Shown: positions 13,051 through 27,650 of the stretch, piece by piece
How the letters are laid out: every line of letters starts with the position of its first letter
How positions within the stretch are numbered: position 1 is the stretch's first letter
NCBI GenBank assembly: GCA_964016885.1
Contig: OZ024741.1
Coordinates: forward strand, 379,130,001-379,194,000
DNA length: 64,000 nt
Source of the DNA: Eledone cirrhosa
Taxonomy: Eukaryota
Direction of reading: 5' to 3'
Made by a program: the position numbers and the translations under genes
Notes under the pieces: generated by a model
Told to the model about the DNA's origin: nothing
The model's input: only the letters and a program-made list of their open reading frames with translations
Databases searched by the model: none

Positions 13051-13651
13051 ATAATAACGGCAATAATAATAAAATAGGAAAGAAAACAAAAGGGACAAAA
13101 GGAATAGGGAAATGTGGAGAAAAAAGAGAAAAAGAAAGTAAAATAAGAATGGAAAGGGGTGTGGATGGCAAACGCTCTGATGTCGTCCTATGTTTTGTGT
13201 GTGGGCGTATGAGTGTGTTGGATTACTATACCTAGGGCAAATTTGTGCCCATATATATTTCCGAATATATAAGCACGCGTAAATTTGCAAATTGTGTACA
13301 GATCGATACGCACACGTAGATACACACTCATACAGAGATACGGGTAAATAATATACATGCAATACACATTATTAATGCGATAGACACAAACATACATACT
13401 TGCTCTCCCGCACACACATGCACAGCGGCGCGTGCATGTACTCATCTACGCACATCATGTCCTAGGTAAACACACAGTGGCTCACCCATACCGTTGCAAT
13501 CATTCGTGCACTCGGGGATGTGTGCGCGATACCGTATTCATGTGACCATGTAGATACAATTGCATACAAACAAGATTGCACGCATACACATTTGCATTAA
13601 TATATATATAGTTTTGCGAGGTTTTTGATATGAAATCGTGTGTCGAAACAA

Positions 13652-14045
13652 ATATTGTTATACTTGGGGAGGGTCATATTTGTGTAATATTGCCAGAATT
13701 AATAACAGAACACACTCACTGTTTGGTTGGCTTTCGCTTTTCGCTTTTGTGTCTTTTATATCGGTAATTTAATTTATTCGGTCCTCAACGGTCAAAAACA
13801 CAGATACAATATGGACACAAACACATATATATAGTTTATCATATGATAAAATATATATATGTGTTTGTGTCTATATTGTATCTGTGTTTTTGACCGATGG
13901 TCAGTCAATGGCAACATTGAGGACCAAATAAATTAAATTACCGCTATAAAAGACACAGAAGCGAAAAGTGAAAACCAACCAAACAGTGTGTGCGTTATGT
14001 TATTAATTCTGGCAATATTACACAAATATGACCCTCCCCAAGTAT

Positions 14046-14052
<7 letters not shown>
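13652..14052. repeat. ~400-bp foldback, probable inverted pseudo-LTR pair
   Basis: atattgttatacttggggagggtcatatttgtgtaatattgccagaatt... mirrored at 13860-14052; preceded by gtcGAAAcaaatattgTT, an HHR 3'-half-like motif. Confidence 0.7.
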
Positions 14053-14107
<55 letters not shown>

Positions 14108-14109
<2 letters not shown>

Positions 14110-14242
14110 GTTATTCCGGGTTGAATCGGAGGTAACCACAGTAAGTAAGGTACTCAATACATTGCAGAGTATAACAGTTTTAATATAGATGAGATTCTAC
14201 AGGACTAGATCTGTTTCATTATTTAGAAATCATCAGGAATCA
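14108..14242 (-). mobile_element. Solo pseudo-LTR remnant with degenerate HHR core
   Basis: Minus strand: CTGATGA tttctaaataat GAAA cagatctaGTC, bounded by (TA)n on both sides. Confidence 0.5.
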
Positions 14243-14323
14243 TATATATATATATATGACAATACTCATCGCTAGAATAACCGTGTGTAGCTGTTTGTTA
14301 GTGCTTACCTTTATATATATATA

Positions 14324-15459
14324 CTAGCTTAGCTACCCGGTAATTCCCGGGTTGTTTATTAAAATTACAATATCTGACCATTGAAATATGATTGCTCAAT
14401 TTTAACTAAAGTAGGAATTATAGCAGAAAATTTATTGACGTTTGTTTAAAGCAAATCATGTAGATAAAAATATGATTAGTTTTGGGCAGTGCTGATTTTT
14501 GAAATACTGCTCCCTATTACACTCATATATATAATACTTCACACTTGGAAGAATTATTACGTATGTTGTCATGACCCCCCCAAAAAATTATTATTCAACT
14601 TTTTTTTTTTAGGCACAATCAGAACCTTTTAAATTCAAATAAAATACGAAATTATTGTAAATAGCATAAACAAAATAAAATAAAATAAAAAAATAAATGT
14701 ACCATTGGTTTATGAATTAATGAAGACTTTACTTACACATTTCTGTAATTCAGAAAAGTGTATTTAAATGTGTATAAATGTGGTAAATATATACATATAC
14801 ACCAGGAATCAAACTCCCACTGTCACTGCCTCCATCCCTCCCGATATCATATTCCCATCACTTACTATTATGAGCAAATGTGGGCCCACGCGCTGGTCGC
14901 CCAGCAGCCCCGGCATTCGGCAGCATAGAGGATGGTGAGGGAGAAGCGCTGGAAAATCCATTCCGGCTTACGAGGTTCAGCATGCGGGTAGCCAACACTG
15001 TGCCGATGATCGTGAATTGGGAGGTAGCTCTAGAGCCAAGGAGACCAGAAGCCTCCATTGATATGGGCTCAACAACAAACCTGTCGGAGAGCAACCAATA
15101 TTTGGAGAGTTTACACTTCTTTGTCTAAAGTGCGGCAGAGCCTGGGTTAATTGAAATTACTTCACTGTAGCTTTCCCCAACTTTTACCTCTATGGAAGTA
15201 GGATCTTGTTTGAGGGAGTTTTGTTTTCTATTTCTTTTAGGTACACCAACAGTTATAGTGGCCTCCATGACATATGCATATGTGTGTGTGTGTATGTGTG
15301 TGTTTGTGTGTGTTTGTGTGTGTAAGACCGTTCGCTGTGACTTGAAATGGATTTTGCAAGAGGTGGAGGTGTCACATACAACCTTTCCTTTTTGCTTTAT
15401 ATATATATACATAGATGATACAGTAGACTGTCTCTAAATTAAGTACAGTGATAAACACA

Positions 15460-15507
<48 letters not shown>

Positions 15508-16260
15508 TCTCTGTTCGTTATGACTTGAAATGGATTTTGCAGTAGATGGAGGTGTCACATACAACCTTTCCTTTTTGCTTTATATATATATACATACATG
15601 AGACATAGACATGTCTCTAAATTAAGTACAGTGATAAACACACACACACTTGTCTCTAATTTACGAACGCCGAGGCACGTGCGCACACACACACGCTTGC
15701 ATACACACGCACACAATCTCATTGCGACTTTTTTTAAAAGAGAGAGAGAAAGAGAAGTAACGTTATGAAAGGAGCTAGATAAGAAGGCGTTTAAAAAATA
15801 AATAAAGTTAGTTATCTAACTATGCTATCATGTTTCTGTTATCATTCTCTCTCTTCCCTAATCCCCCTCTCTCTCTTTCTTTGGCTCTCTTTCTCTCTCC
15901 CTCTCATTCCCCTCTATCTCTCTCTCTTATCCTCTCTCCCTCATCCCTATTATTTCTCTCTTAACTCCTCTCTCTCATCCCCTCTCTTTCTTTCTATACA
16001 GAATGAAGAACAACAAATCAAATAAGTTGTTGACTCATTTTAGAGGACTGCGTTGTGGAAGGAGGAAAAGCAGTAGTGAGAGGGAGGGTTTAATGTCCAC
16101 ATGAGTTCCGGTATTGATTGTTATTGAAATCCAATTAGCTAGTCCTGTTTCAGAATATTAGTTTATCATGTGTGTAAAGTTTCATCAGGACCAGATCACT
16201 GGTTTAGAAGCCAACTGGTTACACACAGACAGACAAAAATTGCCATGTATATAATATACA
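14324..16260 (-). mobile_element. Non-autonomous Helitron-like element with internal cargo
   Basis: Minus-strand 3' end cccgggaattaccggg hairpin + CTAG at 14324; 5'-type end acagacagacaaaaattgcc at ~16225-16260; internal duplication ~15329 / 15513. Confidence 0.55.
14900..15170 (-). mobile_element. Restriction-like endonuclease C-terminus of a CRE-type non-LTR retrotransposon (fragment)
   Basis: SKYWLLSDRFVVEPISMEASGLLGSRA..IG..LA then, after a frameshift, EPRKPEWIFQRFSL; fits the KY..F.P..E..G..G / QR.S pattern. Confidence 0.6.
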
Positions 16261-16477
16261 CACATATATATATACTATACAGAATTATTTGATAATATAT
16301 ATACATCATCTCCATGGGAGTAGAGATGATGTATATATATTATCAAATAATTCTCTGGACATGCTTTACTCTATAGTATTTTGCTCTGATTGTTTAATTT
16401 ATTAATTCTTCATTGAGCCACATCGTGAATAGTTGCCAAAACACATATATACTCGTGACTTTGTTTAATTGGTGTAA

Positions 16478-16566
<89 letters not shown>

Positions 16567-16570
<4 letters not shown>

Positions 16571-16790
16571 GAGAGTAAAACAAAGAAGCCTTCAATACAT
16601 CAAAAGTCTTTATTAGCCGACAATGTTTCGTCGGCTAATAAAGACTTTTGATGTATTGAAGGCTTCTTTGTTTTACTCTCTTAATTTTTCGGCTCTGTTT
16701 AACTACATTGAGCTATACCTTTTACTGTCATTTCTATAATACGAAGAGGGTGTTTAACTCCAACACACTCCAGTATTTTAACCCTTATAT
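16567..16790. mobile_element. Inverted-plus-direct pseudo-LTR fragment
   Basis: Perfect ~55-bp arms 16567-16621 / 16630-16684; the left arm read on the minus strand gives GAAAcattGTCggct AATAAA; TA-flanked. Confidence 0.7.
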
Positions 16791-16798
16791 ATATATAT

Positions 16799-17081
16799 AA
16801 GAAAAAGAGTCTATGTTTTAATACAAAAAAAACGAGATGTCTTACAAGAGTTAATGTAAAAGGAAAAGAAAATGCAAATGGAGTATTTTTCAGAATATTT
16901 ATTTATTTAACTTACGCTTTTACATATCTTATGTTTTTCAAAAGTAGAATTGATATGGAGGGCTCGCAAACCCTCCATCTAAATTCTACTTTAGAAAAGC
17001 ATAAGAACAGTGAAACCGGTAAAGGAAATAAATAAATATTTTTAAAAAGACTCCATCCGCATTTTCGATCTCTTTTCCTTG

Positions 17082-17085
<4 letters not shown>
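16799..17085. mobile_element. Inverted pseudo-LTR-like pair, related copy at 20404-20617
   Basis: Shared ttttcaaaagtaga.ttga.atggaggg and GAAAccggTAaaggaa (HHR 3' half); TA-flanked. Confidence 0.55.
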
Positions 17086-17116
<31 letters not shown>

Positions 17117-17128
17117 GTGTGTGTGTGG

Positions 17129-17205
<77 letters not shown>

Positions 17206-18121
17206 GTGTGTGTGTGCGTGCGTGTGCGTGTGTGTTTGTGTGTATGTGTAAGCGTGAGCGTATCTTCAGAATCAATGAATAAGAATTCAACAAGGTGACG
17301 GAAAGATTGCAGGGACCAAATTAACCACAATTTCCTCTGTTTTTCGCTTAAATTTCAAAAGTTCCCACATACTGCTTGACATTTTCAAAACACCCAGTCT
17401 CTTTACCTGGTTTGCTTTACACATTCGTTTAAGATAAACTTGATATACGAGCTAGAAGCTATCTACTATCGACATCAAGGAAAAGTAAACATTAAAACCA
17501 CATCAAAGATGGAGATATACTGCATCGAAGAGCAACGTACAAATAAAGTGAATGTAATTCTTTCAAATTTGCTTAAATAGTCGGGAAGAAAATCTAAATA
17601 AAATTAAAATAAGAAGAATAAACTGTGTTTCATTGCAACTCTCTAAATAGGATGTCGTTTACATGAGAACAAAAGCAACCAACTGACAAGATGAAAGCAT
17701 GAAGTCTCATTGAATTCCAATGTGGTGCATTTATTTACTTTCAGAAAGTGGTTATTTAATAGGAAAGAGGCCAGCGGTCAACCCCTGGTTATAATATGTC
17801 AACCAGTTGCAAATCAATATGGTTTTAAGACAACATTAAACCTATTAAAGGAAATTTGACGAAAACAAATACATATAATACAAGGCAAAAACTCTAAAAT
17901 ATACATGTGTGATATTGTATGAAAAGGAAATAAAACGAAGGAATATCGGATTAGATAACTATTAACATCCAAACTACATAAAATTATAAATCATAAGTAA
18001 ACATGAAAACATAACCCACTTTTAAAAAGCTCTAATAAATTTATGGAAATATATGGAATCATATTATTAAACATAACATTGATTAAATAAAAGTATCTCA
18101 GATAGTATTTTCTTTGCCTAT

Positions 18122-18258
18122 GGGCGGTGAATTGGCAGTATCTTAGAGGGTTGGACGCCATGCTTTCCAGCATAGAGTTACGTCACTTTATGGTCTGAGT
18201 TCAAATTCCGCCGAGGGTTGCGAATTGTAGCCCTGTGCCAAAAGTAGGAACAATTATT
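18122..18258 (+). mobile_element. Internally deleted SINE
   Basis: gggcggtgaattggcag...gagttcaaattccgccgagg joined to the tail. Confidence 0.75.
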
Positions 18259-18269
18259 TGTCTTTGCCT

Positions 18270-19800
18270 GTCTATTTATTCCTGAAGTGTCACCGAAACA
18301 GCGAACTCAAGCACGCCCTCATGCATCTCCTGTCAGGCGCAACTATTCCTTTTGATTATGTTTGTTTCCAAGCGAATCCAGCCAAGCTCATGTGTGTTAT
18401 CCACCAACATTGCGCGGGATCTACGCCTGTGTCTATCATGTTTTCCTGCCGGTTGGTTTTGCTCATAAAATCCGATTCTGTCGTTAGGCTTTCTATCTTA
18501 AGTCCGGAGTTTCGGAGCTCAGACCCTCGGGTTACGCAGTTTACCATGTAATGTTACTCTACTGACACTCCAGAAGGACCCTATTGCAGCCATTTTAATT
18601 CGGTAACTTATTCCTACTCTCTTTACCCAATATTCATGATCATTTATAAGAATGAACCCCATAGCGCACTGAAGATAGTGTGCTCGGCTTTTACACCTAC
18701 ATCCCTTCTGATAACCAAATGCTGAAGGTGGTGCGTTACTGCATATGCTACTGCACTTATTACACTTAATCCAGCTTCCCACTCACCATCTATAGTAAAC
18801 CTGGCCTAGAAATATTTGAACGTCTCCATTGTGCACCAGTGGAACTCCAAACAAATGCAGAATTCACTGCACACGCTTCCTTGTGAGGACGACCATGTCA
18901 ATCATTGCAGCACTGGTTTTCTAACATCACCTTTTTATGAAATGTGGAATACCATGTCATCTGCAAAATCTAGCCGACTGACACTTCACCCAACCAATTC
19001 CATACAAGTTCCAAGCGGGCTCCGTATGTCAATCGTGTTCAGGAATAAGATGAACTGGATATATGAGAGTATGCGCACTTAGCAGAGTCTGACATACACA
19101 TTGAAATATTATGCACCATTACTCTGAACACAAATAATAGGTCAATCCTATAGTGACATCAATAAAACCTGTCCATCAATCCGATACTCAGGCAATATAT
19201 GTTTAGAAACGTGGAGATATACTTAGTTCTACGAAAAAAGTATACAAATCCTCGTAATATTCCAACGGTGTCCCAAATACCTGCTGCACTCTGAATATAT
19301 GATCTGCTCTACTGCTTCCAGGACAAAAAACAACAGTTTGTAATTTGAATTTCACTCGAGATATGTCCACACCTCTTTGCCAGACACTTAGCATTCGTTT
19401 CACAGGGGAGAGTTAAAAGGGGCTATCTCTATGATTATACTAATCTAAATTGTCTCCCTTTCTGAACATTGGGATTATCACTCCTGATTGGATTCCTTAG
19501 GTGCCTTTCAGACTTCCAGGCCTTCCGACATCAACGTGTCAGTCAGAACAAAGGATTTTCCATGTATGGGATATGGCCTTGTAAGCTGAATTTCGTCCTC
19601 TCCAGAGGCCTTACCACCTCTGAGATATTTAATTGCTCATGTGACCGCAGTCTCCAAGAGGAAATTCCTCGCTCCCTGAAGAATCTCATATACATTAGAT
19701 AGTGTGATCTCCTGTAGGAGATCATTAAAGTACTTTCTACATTAAGGAGATGCACAAATCATTATATTTTATGTTTTTGTTTACTGGTGATTAGGATTAC
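18270..19800 (-). mobile_element. Degenerate RTE-like LINE reverse transcriptase relic
   Basis: LDFADDMV at 18950-18973; FCPGSSRADHIFRVQQV..EYYEDLYTFFVEL resembles GFR.GRST.DQIF.LRQ..EK..E; ISYRIKMA..F. Confidence 0.7.
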
Positions 19801-21099
19801 TCTCTGATTCCTCCAAATCATACAGTGCTTACCAAATGTGCACAGAGAGCTAACTTTAAAAATCAAAATGTTGTAAACGTGTGAATAAGTTTCGCTAATT
19901 TATCTTTATATTCTTTATTCATATTTGTCATTTATTGAACGCTACGTTATCAGATCCAAAGTATATAATGTGCAATTTGAATGTACAAATATGCTTTTAT
20001 CATAAAAAAGCCTATACATAAAATTTGTTTTCTTTCTCTAATATTTAGTGAAATATTGCCAGACTGAGTCCAACTTTCCATTTCTCATTTTCGCTCTTGT
20101 GTTGGCATGCAAACAGAGCTGCAGACACTCATGTTTCTGGGTGATCACCCTTAATCAGTCCAGTTTACTGCTTACCACTCAATGTTTATTGACCAAAGGT
20201 TAAAAGTATAGATATGAATATATATGTAAATAGTCCATCAATCAATGCTAATCATTCGTTGCCAGCTAAAGTAACTATACGGATATACAATATACAGAAA
20301 CGAAAACCAATCCAAACAAAGCAGTGAGTCAAGTTTTATTATTATTATGGCAATAGTGTAACAATATTACCTCCCACAAGTATAACAATATATATATATA
20401 TATTAGAAAGTGAGGTTTTCTTTACAAAATGAAAGATAACCGAGGTGTCCTACACGAGTGAAAGTATAAAGAAAAAAAAAATGAAATCGAAAATGTAACT
20501 GGAGTCTTATTTTTAAACAAATATATCTATTTATTTGGTTCCTTTACCGGTTTCGCAGCTCTTCTACTTTTCAAAAGTAGAGTTGAGATGGAGGGCATGT
20601 GGTTTTTCTCACATCTCAATATATATATATATATATTGTTATACTTGGAAACCTCAGATTACATTTATCGTATTCAGCCATGTAGAGCGACAATTATATA
20701 TATATATACTTAATAGTGGTAACGGTTTCAACAGCATATGCCTTTTCAACTGCGGATGTGCATAATGCAGTTAAGTTGCATGTTAATACGAATACTAACA
20801 GGGGAAGAAAAATTATATATGTATAATATTTTTGTAATATATGTATATATTATCATTTATATAGTTGTGCGGCTTTAATTATTAGAAGACACTTGAGGGA
20901 ATACACATATATACTTTAAAGAAAATTGGTACATCTCAATATCATAATTACAGTGATTAGTAAATAGTAAATATTGCTCCTATACGGGATGGCCGGGAAC
21001 GGCTGTACACACGCTCAATATTTACTGTAATAGATGAACGTCTTCCAGATGCAGGTTAATCTGTCTATGATGCAAAAAGAGTTAAGTCATAAAAATCTG

Positions 21100-21480
21100 G
21101 CCCTTTTTAGAATGAGTTGAGGGACGTCTTAGATGGGCCGGTAATAGTTAAAGTATCCAGTGTGAGTTTATTTTGAACAAGACACGTCAAATATGGACGG
21201 GAAATATTGGCAAGTTATTAAATATGGTGTATTTCAATTGAAATAACTAGCGTAGGATTAATCACCCTTAATTTAAGATGGTATTATGATAAATGAAAGA
21301 AAAAGGATCGTGGTTTATCCTTGGTATACGTAAGGTAAGTGTGGGTCGATGCGCACCAATATATAGGATCGGAAAGACGGCAGAGTCGTGAACAAACGTT
21401 TCTTGTATCTATTAAATATTTAAACGGTTTCACAGTAGTTTCCGCTGTTATTTCCCCTGATAGAACCATATGATATTTCA
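21100..21480 (-). mobile_element. Old GIY-YIG (Penelope/Poseidon-like) relic
   Basis: YIGAST at ~21345-21362 preceded by C..C; DTLTI..SKTSLN-like C-terminus near 21115-21160. Confidence 0.35.
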
Positions 21481-22319
21481 AATATATTTGTTTATTTCAG
21501 CTGTGTATAGTCAATTTGAACGTTGGATACCACATAGTTCAATTTCTATCGAAATATATTGTAGGCGAAAAATATCATGTTATCTTTTCTTAATATAATT
21601 CCAGTAATATTAGATAATTTCTCCTCTCTGCTGTTAAATCAAGGTTTACTATTCAGATAACGCATCCATATATGTGTATACCCATGCCAATACAATAAAA
21701 GATATGAAGATCCCATATGTTATATATGAGGGAAGAGCTTATAAACGTTTCTTTTTAATATAGGGTAGGGTGTAAATTAATACGTATTTGGTAGTTATGT
21801 CAAGTAGAACCAAATAACACGTAGTGACTGCTTGCTTGTTAGTCTACTACGCATCCACAAGAATACCATTCGACATGTTGACAAAAAGACACATAAACAT
21901 ACAATTCAACATTTAGACTTCAGATGTTTTCCCCCTCTCTCTTACTCTGTCTGACCCTCTCCCTCCATTTCCTTGTTTATATTACAACTATTACACTTAT
22001 CCTGCTGATCTCATGCCGCCTCCAGATATGCACTACCAGTTCAGTCATTTTTCTGCGTTGCATCGTCTATGTTATCTCTGATTCTCGAAAATTAACAAAA
22101 GAGCTGGTAGTGTTGGTGGTGTGCTTACTGTTCGTATGTACAGCCATGCCTATGCTTACCTTACAGACGTATGATCGAAAGCATGGTAGGCATCGTCATT
22201 TCCAATGTTGGTTTTCAAATATAAATTAGCAGAGATTACATTTTTGACTGTGTCGCGTTATCCCACGGAATTCTTCCGTGTGTTCTAACAGACGAATCAT
22301 AATTTTATACGGGACATCC

Positions 22320-23700
22320 TTCGTTTACGCTTATCGGTGAAACATACTGACAAATACATGTGCGTACAACTCGTACATATTATTATTTGAAATACACATT
22401 TCTATATGCTATTAGAATTACCATTCTTCTCTCCAGCTATTCACACACCTATACGTATTTCATTTTCCAAACATTTTCCTTCTTATTTCTGATGGAGATT
22501 GTTCTGTGGTGGTGAGACTTTTAAAGAAACTTCAGCATAAGTATTTTAATGTTGATTTTGGCTACCAGTCATTAAGTGATATTTTCATTATAGAATTATT
22601 CCTTTCATAACTGATGTGCTTCTTTTATCCAAATTTCTAAGCACAATGTCACAGAATATCTTTCCTGTGCTAGATTCTCGAACATATGCTTATTAAATTT
22701 GTAATTTTCCTTCGACGGATGTTCTTTAATAGTTCAACCACTAAGAACAGAATTTTAGCTGGGATATACAATGAAAAGGTTTGCCTCCTTCTTATGTGTA
22801 TGATAGTTGCCAATTATACTTCAATCTATTATGTGTTCACCCTATTGCTGGATAAAGAGATCATTCGTCTTTAATAATGTTTTTTTTTTTAGTTGTATTC
22901 TTCTAACAACCAGCTGTTTGCATGTTATCCCATATGTAACATGCATCTTTAGTCATAGCAGTAGGAAATAGTATCAAGTTTGTATTAATGACATTCATGT
23001 AAAGAAAACACTCACCGATATGTAAATGAAACAGAATTAAAAACAGGTGATATGAACATTTGACAAACACATTAATTCTAACAAGAACATGCGCACATTA
23101 AATTTACAAAACAGAGTGTTGAGAATATTTGACTGAACTATAAGATAAGCAAAAGGATCCACAGCAATAGCAAGAAATGCTTACATGATATAACCATGTC
23201 ACTCAAGAGGGAATATCTTTGGACCAGATCTATCATAAGGAAAATGTTCCCTTATACTTGAAAATACTTTACAGGAGAGGGCAAGACAGCGATTGACTTA
23301 TGCAAATAACATGAATGTTTTTTTTATATACACTTAAAACTGAAAATAGAAGGATCCTTGGTCAATGACTACACTGAACATTTTTTCTTCAAAACCAACT
23401 GGCAGTAAATAATATGGATTGGAGGAATGAGAAGTACAATCTCTTGGGTTGAATATCTACATACATTCCGGTGCTCCAATTTATGAGAAAGGAAAATAGG
23501 ATGTTCATGGCTCCGGATAATGCGCTTAGCTTCTTTGCATTTTGACAGTAGTGGATGACTTTATTCTGAGTGCAGGATTATATACCTACATGAATATATC
23601 AAAGACTTCTTGAATGTATATCGCGATTGAATAAACAAGTCAATCGGATTAGTGGTCCAGGATAAAAGGCCCAGTTGTTACATACATGAAATTAAAGCCT
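22320..23700 (-). mobile_element. Possible decayed piggyBac-like transposase
   Basis: Scattered motifs in the expected order: YIH (~23590), FNKHM (~22690), terminal CTSC....VCF (~22340-22380). Confidence 0.35.
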
Positions 23701-24352
23701 CTTGTAGAATTTCTGACATGAACTAGGAAACGTGAAAAACAACTAAGAAAGCATATATACATACATGAATGGATACATACATTCTTACATTCATACCCAC
23801 GTACATACACAGGCATGTATATATACATAAATGGTTGTATGAACATCTAGGTAAGGGTATAATGAATATGTTTGAAAATTTGTGTATATTGTTGTTGCTG
23901 ATCAATGCACATTTCTCTTTTAACTATACCACGAATTTCATTTTTTTTGTTGTGCGAGGTAAGAGTCACAAGACTTTTGATAGTGCCATTCTGGATGACA
24001 GCAACGTGATTCCCGCTTGCATAATACAGTTTATTATTGCGTCTATATGATAAACCATTATTTGTATCATATTTGTTTTCACTATGATTTGAGTAGCGTG
24101 AAACAAATATTGCTCTACTTAACAAAGGATACGGTGGTGCATACCAAGATTTATTTGACTGGTGGATCCCAAAGCATATGAGGAATCTGATTAAGAACAT
24201 TTACATGTTAATCCCATGTTCTAATTTAGTTAATATTTGCCTTTCATCTTTCCGGTATCGATAAAATGAAGTAGCAATCAAGTACTGGAGTCGATATAAT
24301 CACCTTCTCCCTCTACAGAATATGCCCGCCTTTGTGTACTATGATATCGCCC

Positions 24353-25050
24353 CAAGCAAATGGATTTCGTTTTTCATTATTATTTTTCTGGTCAGATTTA
24401 GCAGGGAAATACAAGATAATCGAAATGTTAGCTGAGGGATGTTAGACAGAGGGAAATAAACGTCAGATATAGAGCGATGTTGGAAGAGATGAGAGGCACA
24501 TTGTCAGTGGGAGAGAAGGAGAGAAAAATGAAATTACTGAATTCAACAAAATCTTGTAATCTGGCATCTTGATGGTCTTCAGAAATTAAGTTAAATTTCA
24601 TTTCGAGGAGGGAAAAGGTCTTACTATTTTTTTTTATTATTTAATTACCCGAGAATTATGGCCTAACATATTAAAATATTTTCAGTGAAAAATTGTTTTA
24701 ATTACATCGAGGTTTATAGTAACACATCCTTCGGCTTTATATATCATGATCTCCGCTGAAGTTAGAAAATATTTTATCAAAGCTGCTGATGCGTTCTAAC
24801 AAGGTATCATCCTTGTTAGAACGCATCAGCAGCTTTGATAAAAGCAAGATTTTGTTGAATTCAGTAATTTCATTTTTCTCTCCTTCTCTCCCACTGACAA
24901 TGTGCCTCTCATCTCTTCCAACATCGCTCTATATCTTACGTTTATTTCCCTCTGTCTAACTTCCCTCAGCTAACATTTCGATTATCTTGTATTTCCCTAC
25001 TAAATCTGACCAGAAAAATAATAATAAAAAACGAAATCCATTTGCTTGGA
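24353..25050. repeat. Large foldback with ~200-bp arms and an inner ~33-bp-arm palindrome
   Basis: 24353-24556 is the near-exact reverse complement of 24845-25049; ttttatcaaagctgctgatgcgttctaacaagg / ccttgttagaacgcatcagcagctttgataaaa at 24773-24843. Confidence 0.85.
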
Positions 25051-25084
25051 TAGTATTTTCATAGTATTTTCCATTGAAACCTCA

Positions 25085-25825
25085 TTTCTATCTTCATCAT
25101 CATCATCATCATCATCATCATTATCATCGTTGATGTCATCGTCATCGCTGTTATAATCGTTTAAGTAGATAACCGTACCAGTACACTGTTGGGCCAGGTG
25201 AGTGTATAGAACGAAATATGGATTAACTATTGGCAACAGGAAATATTGATGTGTAAAGAGATTAGTTTGCACATAGAGCTTTCTGTACAGTATTCAGTTA
25301 ATTGAAACGTTAGAATTGCAGAAGAACCTGACTATCTACCGCATTACGATCATCGTCATCGTTCTGATTTTCAGTCTCATAAGCAACAACAGAACCTGTA
25401 GCAATCTGAAATCCATGATTATTTTCATTATGATTCTCATTCTTCTCATATTAATTATTATTGACTTCATCATTTATTAATGATGCCTAATTGCAAAAGA
25501 GATCTGAATACGTAGTTATTTAAAATAGCAAGTTCAGTTGAATATATTTTAACACTAATTGCATCATGCCATTAAAATAGAGCATTGTATTTACCACCAC
25601 CAGCCACTTCATAATCATAATTGTCAGCGTCATTATACTCATCATCATCAAGAACGTCATCATCAACATCACCACCATCATCATAATCATCAGCATAAAC
25701 CCCATCATAATCGATATATTCATCTTCCCCATAAACTTCATCAACAACACCATCATCATTACATCTTTACCATCATCCTCATCACCAACATAATCATTAT
25801 CAACAGCATCGTCATTACCCCCAGG

Positions 25826-25856
<31 letters not shown>

Positions 25857-26280
25857 GCAATAATAAAAGTAACAATACCATCAGCAGAAGCAACGCTATT
25901 GAAACCATCATAATTGACGCCATACTTCCACTCTACTTAGTTATGGTGATCATCCATTAAGACTTCAATATCAACATGTTTAACATTGCAAACCATTTCT
26001 ACCATTAATCAAATCTCACCCATTATTTTTTTCTCCTCTGGCTTTACCATACTAAACAACATCATCGTTCTCATCATCATCATGATCATCATCATGATTA
26101 TCATCATCTTTATTCTCACACCACTCTATCATATCTGCATATGTATCAATATCATCACTTCATTATCACCATCATCATAATCGATATCACCACCACCATC
26201 ATCATCATCATCATCATGACCGTCATTGTAACCATCATCATTATCATTTTCGTTTTCATCATTTACATCAACGATTATCT
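25085..26280. repeat. Degenerate (CAT)n/(AAC)n low-complexity tract
   Basis: Trinucleotide runs throughout. Confidence 0.85.
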
Positions 26281-27370
26281 AATCAACACATCATTAGAAC
26301 AATGTACATCAATAAAGCTTAAACGTGCTACATACTTTAAGCGACGGAAACCACCGAACACGTCACAACCACCAAGCTTAATAACCACATTGCCAAACCA
26401 AACACCCTCATCGTTAACCATCTCTAAATTAAACATGAATTATTATAAAATAACACTCATATTCCCATACTAGTCTATATTGTATAACATGGCATTTGAT
26501 ATATGATACACATACAAATATACGAGATGATCCTCTAGGAGATTTGCACTAAATTAACTTTTAGCATGTGTGCTATTGTTATTGTTAAAGCACTAAACAT
26601 GAATGTTTGTATAGGTACTGGAAACCATTTAAATGCTTGGCGTTCTTCTACCATTAGATAAAGCGAAAATCAGAGTGTCACCCATTGCATTGAAAATATT
26701 ATTAGTGACAGGAATGAAAGTTGATGTCGCGGGGAGAGGGGATGTGGGCATCGGTGAGGATCACCTGAAACATTTATTTTCAAGTATTTTCAGCTCAATG
26801 ACTATTGATAATTTAAAACAATCTATGGTATAATCAATGATTGATTGCTTTAATACTGATTGTAGCTGAACTCATAAAGCGACCGTCTTTTACTTGTTAC
26901 ATCTTATAAGTTTGCTATGATTGATGCCAAACGATGTAGTGTAGTGAAAAATATTGATAGGACCTAAGAATGTAGAAATACATTTATTTCTGTAATATAT
27001 TGGAAATATATCTATATATTACTAAAATTCTGCCAATGCTTGCTTGCTTCCTTGTCTGTAGTGTAATACAAACAAAAGTCGCATAATGGGAAAATACTTA
27101 GAAGAAAGTTGACAATGAATTGTGAATACAAATGGAATAAAAGAAAATTCACGTAAATCGGTGCACGTGTTCCTGAGGTACAGGGTTTTTCCGGTACCTT
27201 CATAAACAGAGAGAGAAAGAGATAGTGGTTGTGAGAGAGGAGATCGAATGAGAGACATAGATTGAGAGAAGGATAGAGAGAAGGATAATGGAAGAGAGAG
27301 CTGGTGAGTGTGCATGTATATATATGTGTGTGTGTCTATGACCAGTGTATATAGATCACATAGACCCCGT

Positions 27371-27422
<52 letters not shown>

Positions 27423-27589
27423 GCGGGGTCTATGTGATCTATATACACTGGTCATAGACACACAGACATATATATACATATATATATATATATGAATGCA
27501 GTAATTCCGTCGGAAAAGTCCAGGAAAAAAGAGTGCTCTATGTAGGTAACAAAGCTTAATAGTTATGTAATAAACAACATAGGCAATTA

Positions 27590-27650
27590 TTCCATTTACC
27601 AGTGGTTTCTTAAAAGCAAACACATTTTGCTTTCAATCATCAGAATGAAA
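27590..27650 (-). ncRNA. Type I hammerhead ribozyme
   Basis: Minus strand: tttcatt CTGATGA ttgaaagc..gcttttaa GAAA ccactgg TA aatggaa. Confidence 0.8.

Noticed and set aside
25520-26473. His-, Ile- and Met-rich ORFs
   Set aside because: Translations of degenerate (CAT)n repeats with no domain signal
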